This document shows positions 23,272 through 27,330 of a stretch of DNA of 27,330 nucleotides, one piece after another. A model generated the notes under the pieces. It saw only the letters and a list, made by a program, of their open reading frames with translations, had not been told where the DNA came from and did no database searches. Positions within the stretch are counted from its first letter, which is position 1. Every line of letters starts with the position of its first letter. The DNA comes from Octopus sinensis (taxonomy: Eukaryota): assembly GCF_006345805.1 (NCBI RefSeq), contig NW_021836027.1, positions 1 to 27,330 on the forward strand, written 5' to 3'. Position numbers and translations under genes: made by a program.

Positions 23272-23406
23272 CTGAGAATCTTGCAATCGACTAATGTCTG
23301 GATAAATGTAATATTTGATGCCATCAATAGCACCTGGCAGTGTCAGGCCACGTATCAGCAGAATAAAGAGAAGGAAATACGGAAAGAGAGCTGTAAAATA
23401 GACAAC
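23272..23406 (-). CDS. SLC6A1: GAT-1-like exon, TM5/EL3 (135 bp)
   Basis: ttgcag|[45 protein letters not shown]|gtttgt. Confidence 0.97.
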
Positions 23407-23613
23407 CTGCAACAGAAAGCAAAGAGAAAAATGTATTCATTTGAAAATGTACATTAGTTGCCAGAGAAAAGCAAAAAGACAAAGGCATATAGTGGTACAA
23501 TCATACGAATGGATAAACTTGAAGCTTTGGGGTGTAATGTTTACTTAAAAACTCTCTCCACACACACACACATACACACACACTATAGTATTGTATTATA
23601 TATTATATATTAT

Positions 23614-24226
23614 ACTAGCGGGACCCGTGAATATTTCACGGAATTAATAGTAAACCTATTGGGTTATTTCTGAAAACTTTATCTCCAAAACATGAGAGCC
23701 TGTGTTGTGTCTGTATCAAAATATAATCGCTCGTCTGTTAATCATTGAAAAGTGAAGGAAATTGGGATACGATGATTACTTAATGCACTTTATATATACA
23801 CTTTATATACTTTATGCACAATTTTATAGACTTAATACACAATACTCTCCCTCTTTCTCTCTCACTCTTCGCCTTACCCTCTTTTCTCTCTCCTTTTTCT
23901 TTCTCCCCGTTTTCCTTCTCGCTCTTCGCCTTTCTCTTCAACTAATCACGTGAAAGCGTTACAGACGGGCTAAGTAACGGAGGAAAAAAATTTAATAAAA
24001 AAAAAATTACACATTTCACTCAGCACCACCTCCATCTCTACCTCTATCTCCTTACCCCTCCACCTTCATATCCCCTCCCCTTGACCTCCCTCTCCGCGCC
24101 TTCCCTTTTTTCTCCTCTCCCGTCACTCTTTTTCTGCTGCCCTCCCCTTCTTCCTCTTCTCCTCCTCTCCTACCCTCTTCAACTAATCATGTGAAAGCGT
24201 TACGGATGGACTAAGTAACGGAGGAA
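23614..24226 (+). mobile_element. Putative Helitron-like element with CT-rich interior and an internal direct repeat of about 50 bp
   Basis: Starts ACTAGCGGGACCCG with the palindrome CCGTGAA-tat-TTCACGG (23625-23641). tcttcaactaatcacgtgaaagcgttac...ctaagtaacggagga occurs near 23935 and again near 24176. The 3' end is uncertain. Confidence 0.45.
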
Positions 24227-24530
24227 CAAGCAGAATCATTATGAAGCATCACTGAGATGGCTTGCTGGTGATAAATTTCTCTGTATTCTGATAATTTCTT
24301 CGTATTTTGTCTATTTGAAAAGGTAAATCTTTCCTGGAATAATATAGAACCATTAAACAACCGATGCAACGCAGTGCAATATCTACACCTATTGACATCA
24401 ACTTTTCATATTCGGATTAACCCCTCACTCGATTTTCTGACAGATTTTGCAAATATTTATGCCAGGTTCTACACACTGCAGTTTTCATGCAAATGGCATA
24501 CATACATACATACATGCATGAATATATATG

Positions 24531-24604
<74 letters not shown>

Positions 24605-24717
24605 ATATATATATATGTATATAGTAGGTACTGCAAATTTAGAGTGAATACTTGATAAGTGTAAGCAACTGTATACGCCAGCTAGTGGCAGAGGTGAGAG
24701 GGTATATGTCAAATAAA

Positions 24718-24881
24718 ATCAAAAACAGAACACCCACGGGATGTCGCGGTACACGGTTTCAAGCTTTATAGCGTAAGTACACTGATATATCTATTATATC
24801 TAGTATACCTGATGTAAGAACAGGTCGTTATAAAGCTTGAAAACACGTGTACCGCGACATCCTTTGTGTTCTGTTTTTGAT
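24718..24881. mobile_element. MITE-like inverted repeat (arms of about 56 bp: 24718-24773 and 24826-24881)
   Basis: atcaaaaacagaacac...gatgtcgcggtacacg..tttcaagctttata versus the reverse complement of the right arm; no clear TSD. Confidence 0.75.
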
Positions 24882-24916
24882 ATATATATATATTATATAT
24901 AGCTAGATAGATATAC

Positions 24917-24964
<48 letters not shown>

Positions 24965-25030
24965 TAGACACATATATATATATATATATATTACATATAT
25001 AGAGAGAGAAGAGAGAGAGAGAAAAGAGAG

Positions 25031-25080
25031 CTCTTTAACTAGTTCAGCTGAAGTGCTGCGGCCATGCTGGGGCACCACCG
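25031..25080 (-). mobile_element. Short 3'-tail fragment related to SINE family A
   Basis: ttcagctgaagtgctgcggccatgctggggcaccacc matches the family A tail. Confidence 0.6.
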
Positions 25081-25089
25081 TTAGCTTTG

Positions 25090-25345
25090 CTACTCCTTCA
25101 CTACTTGAAACTTTAGTGAATGAGACAGTTCCAGTTTTGGTTGGAAGGCACCTACATCCACCCCATGTATATCTCTTAGGGTTCTTGGGAAGATATTGAA
25201 GAGCTGTCGGCCCTTGAAACCCAAGATGTCGCAGTATCTGGTCCTATATCTTGATGGCGATGTTGGGATCTTTGGAATTATGCGATGGCGTCCCATTCTG
25301 CTGACCTACAATGCCAAAATTTAGTACAAGTCCTTCATGCTTTAG
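25090..25345 (-). mobile_element. CR1/L2-group LINE, RT C-terminal fragment
   Basis: EGLVLNFGI...GRHRIIPKIPTSPSRYRTRYCDILGFKGRQLFNIFPRTLRDIHGVDVGAF resembles the G..LFN.LP..LR......FK.KLD tail of CR1-group ORF2. Confidence 0.7.
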
Positions 25346-25570
25346 TTGTAGGAAGTAAAGTCTTAACTTTTTCAAACTTTCCCATTGACTTTTTGAATCT
25401 CATCACAAAATACTAATTAAACAACATCAACTTTTGAATGCCTCCTTCTCATATAAAAATACATGAAATACAGAAGAGACCATTCCATTGCTCCACCTGT
25501 TGCTGGTTTACTTAATTAAAGGTGTTACTTAATTAGATGATTGAGTAAATTAGCAAATGTTATCTCTTAC

Positions 25571-25703
25571 CTTTCCAGTCCACTTGACTCCACGCCAAAT
25601 ACAGAAATAGCAAAGAACCCAAGTCAGTAGGAGGGTGGCCGCCAATTCCCAACGCATACCACCGACTTCTGTGATTCCTCCAGTGATCTGTAGGGCACGA
25701 TGT
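25571..25703 (-). CDS. SLC6A1: GAT-1-like exon, TM4 (133 bp)
   Basis: ttgccag|[45 protein letters not shown]|gtaaga. Confidence 0.96.
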
Positions 25704-25954
25704 CTGGCAAATATAACCATAAAAGACATTATGTTGTGTAGTCACAGCTTTGCGTCTGTGTGTGTGCGTGTGTGAGGGGTGCATGTATATGTGTGTGTGC
25801 GTGCGTGTATGTTGATGTCTTTTTTGTATATGTTCGGATTTTTGTATGTTTGTATTGTGTGTTAAGAGATTTCTTAATGCGTTTATATATATATGAATAT
25901 GTACCGTTTAATAATGAATTTGCACGCGTTGATAGGGCCAGATACATATAAGGC

Positions 25955-25957
25955 AAA

Positions 25958-25999
<42 letters not shown>

Positions 26000-26047
26000 G
26001 GAGAGAGAGAGCGTGAGGGAGAGAGAGAGCGGGAGGGAGAGAAGAGA
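25955..26047. repeat. (GA)n tract
   Basis: Direct reading. Confidence 0.93.
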
Positions 26048-26705
26048 CTGAGTAAATGAAATAAGATCACCGGAAGTGTCTCAATGGAATGGAGGTTAGA
26101 ACATGGCTAAGTATTGATTCTCTACACTTTTTAGAAAATAGACGCCACCACTAAGATTTCATGCAGATGGAGTCCCTCAGTATTGTTGGCTAATCAACCT
26201 CCTTTATTTTTAAACAGGAGAAAATGGAAACGAAGACCTTCCTGATGCCAGCAACACACTGAATGGGAAATTTATTATGGGGGAGACGCCATATCGATTA
26301 TTCGCTTTCTTGAAGAATCGATTACCTGACTCTTCTTTGTCAGAGATGTTCATTAATAGGTAATTAGCTTGATTGTTTTAAAGGGTTAGTAGTTAGGGAA
26401 GTGGTGACGTTCATTTCTATTTGAAGGAATTTAACGATATAAATAGAGGGAGACATGGAAGTAGGTTCGAGTTGCGCCTGAAGCCATCCTTCATCCTTGG
26501 GTAACTCATAGACAGCAAGGGCAGCATATTGTATCGTAGTGCTTCCCATTGAGCTCCAGAAGCATCACTTGATGTAGGACTAGACAGCGTGGTGGATTTA
26601 TTCTTTTTTATGTAGTGTACCACCGGGCCAACTTATCATACGACAGAAAACATTAGTGTGTGTGCGGGCTCGAGCTGATCGTATGTTAATATGAGAAGTT
26701 TTAAA

Positions 26706-26916
26706 GGTGGCGAGCTGGCCGAATCGTTAGCACGCCAGGCAAAATGCTTAGCGCATTTCGTGACTTTATGTTCTGAGTTCAATTTCCACTGAGGTCGATT
26801 TTGCTTTTCAATATTTCGGGGTCAGTAAGAGAAGTACCGGTTGAGCACTGAGGTCGATGTAATCGGACTTACCACCTCCACCCCGAAACAGCTGGCCTTG
26901 TGTCAAAATTTGAAAA
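26706..26916 (+). mobile_element. tRNA-derived SINE, family B (about 210 bp)
   Basis: Head GGTGGCGAGCTGGCCGAATCGTTAGCAC (A-box-like) and GAGTTCAATTTCC (B-box-like); ends ...gccttgtgtcaaaatttgaaa. Recognised as a common octopus SINE. Confidence 0.85.
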
Positions 26917-27073
26917 ACTAATATAAGAATTTCATACACATGTTTTTATATAGCAAACATTTATTAAAAAACCTGTAAATTTTTTTTAAATCAGTCAAAT
27001 ATGTGAACCAATCACTCATATTCTGTCAATCAATCGAACCACACGTATTAATCAGCGTGAAAAGTTTACTCAC

Positions 27074-27330
27074 TCCCAATATTCGCGAACTGGTGATGTG
27101 AACGAACTCCAGTCATATTCACGGGAGCATTTCATGTGTGAATAATTAGACAAGAGGTAGGTGAGTTGAAACTTTTAATGGGTACCACCTCTCTCCAATG
27201 TGTAGAATTGGAACAATTGTAAGGAAGAAACTGTCGTTCGTATTCCGACTGACCATGGAAGGTGTTCCACGAATTGCGGCAGTTGGACCAAGGTAGAACG
27301 CTTTTGAACGAATTAAATAGATAAACAGAG
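27074..27330 (-). CDS. SLC6A1: GAT-1-like exon, end of TM3 plus EL2 (partial at window edge; contains a -1 frameshift near 27163-27165)
   Basis: Frame A reads YLFNSFKSVLPWSNCRNSWNTFHGQSEYERQFLPYNCSNSTHWREVVPIKSFN. Frame B reads TYLLSNYSHMKCSREYDWSSFTSPVREYW-GA|gtgagt. The phase-2 donor at 27073 joins the next exon's A to give GAA (Glu). Confidence 0.85.

Noticed and set aside
26364-26623. Two short minus-strand ORFs in the EL2-TM4 intron as extra transporter exons
   Set aside because: No SLC6 similarity, and the flanking exons already join in phase (GA|A)

Overview
AT-rich, microsatellite-dense eukaryotic DNA. The SINE families and repeat landscape look like an Octopus (coleoid cephalopod) genome; this is recognition from memory, not a database result. 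The main feature is a minus-strand, intron-rich SLC6 neurotransmitter:sodium symporter of the GAT-1 (GABA transporter) type. I reconstructed 11 coding exons by hand, from 27074->27330 (cut by the window edge) down to the stop at 9454-9456. All internal junctions are GT-AG and phase-compatible. The edge exon carries a -1 frameshift and a Cys-to-Gly change, which may be assembly errors. Introns and flanks hold two tRNA-derived SINE families, three 3' fragments of RLE-type LINEs (two in tandem between (AAT)n tracts, Dong/R4-like), a CR1-like LINE end, an internally deleted Tc1/mariner element inside a 1.5-kb tandem duplication, Helitron-like elements and MITE-like inverted repeats. There are four hammerhead-ribozyme-like motifs, two of them forming the arms of an intronic foldback. 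Nearly all ORFs in the supplied track are microsatellite artefacts.
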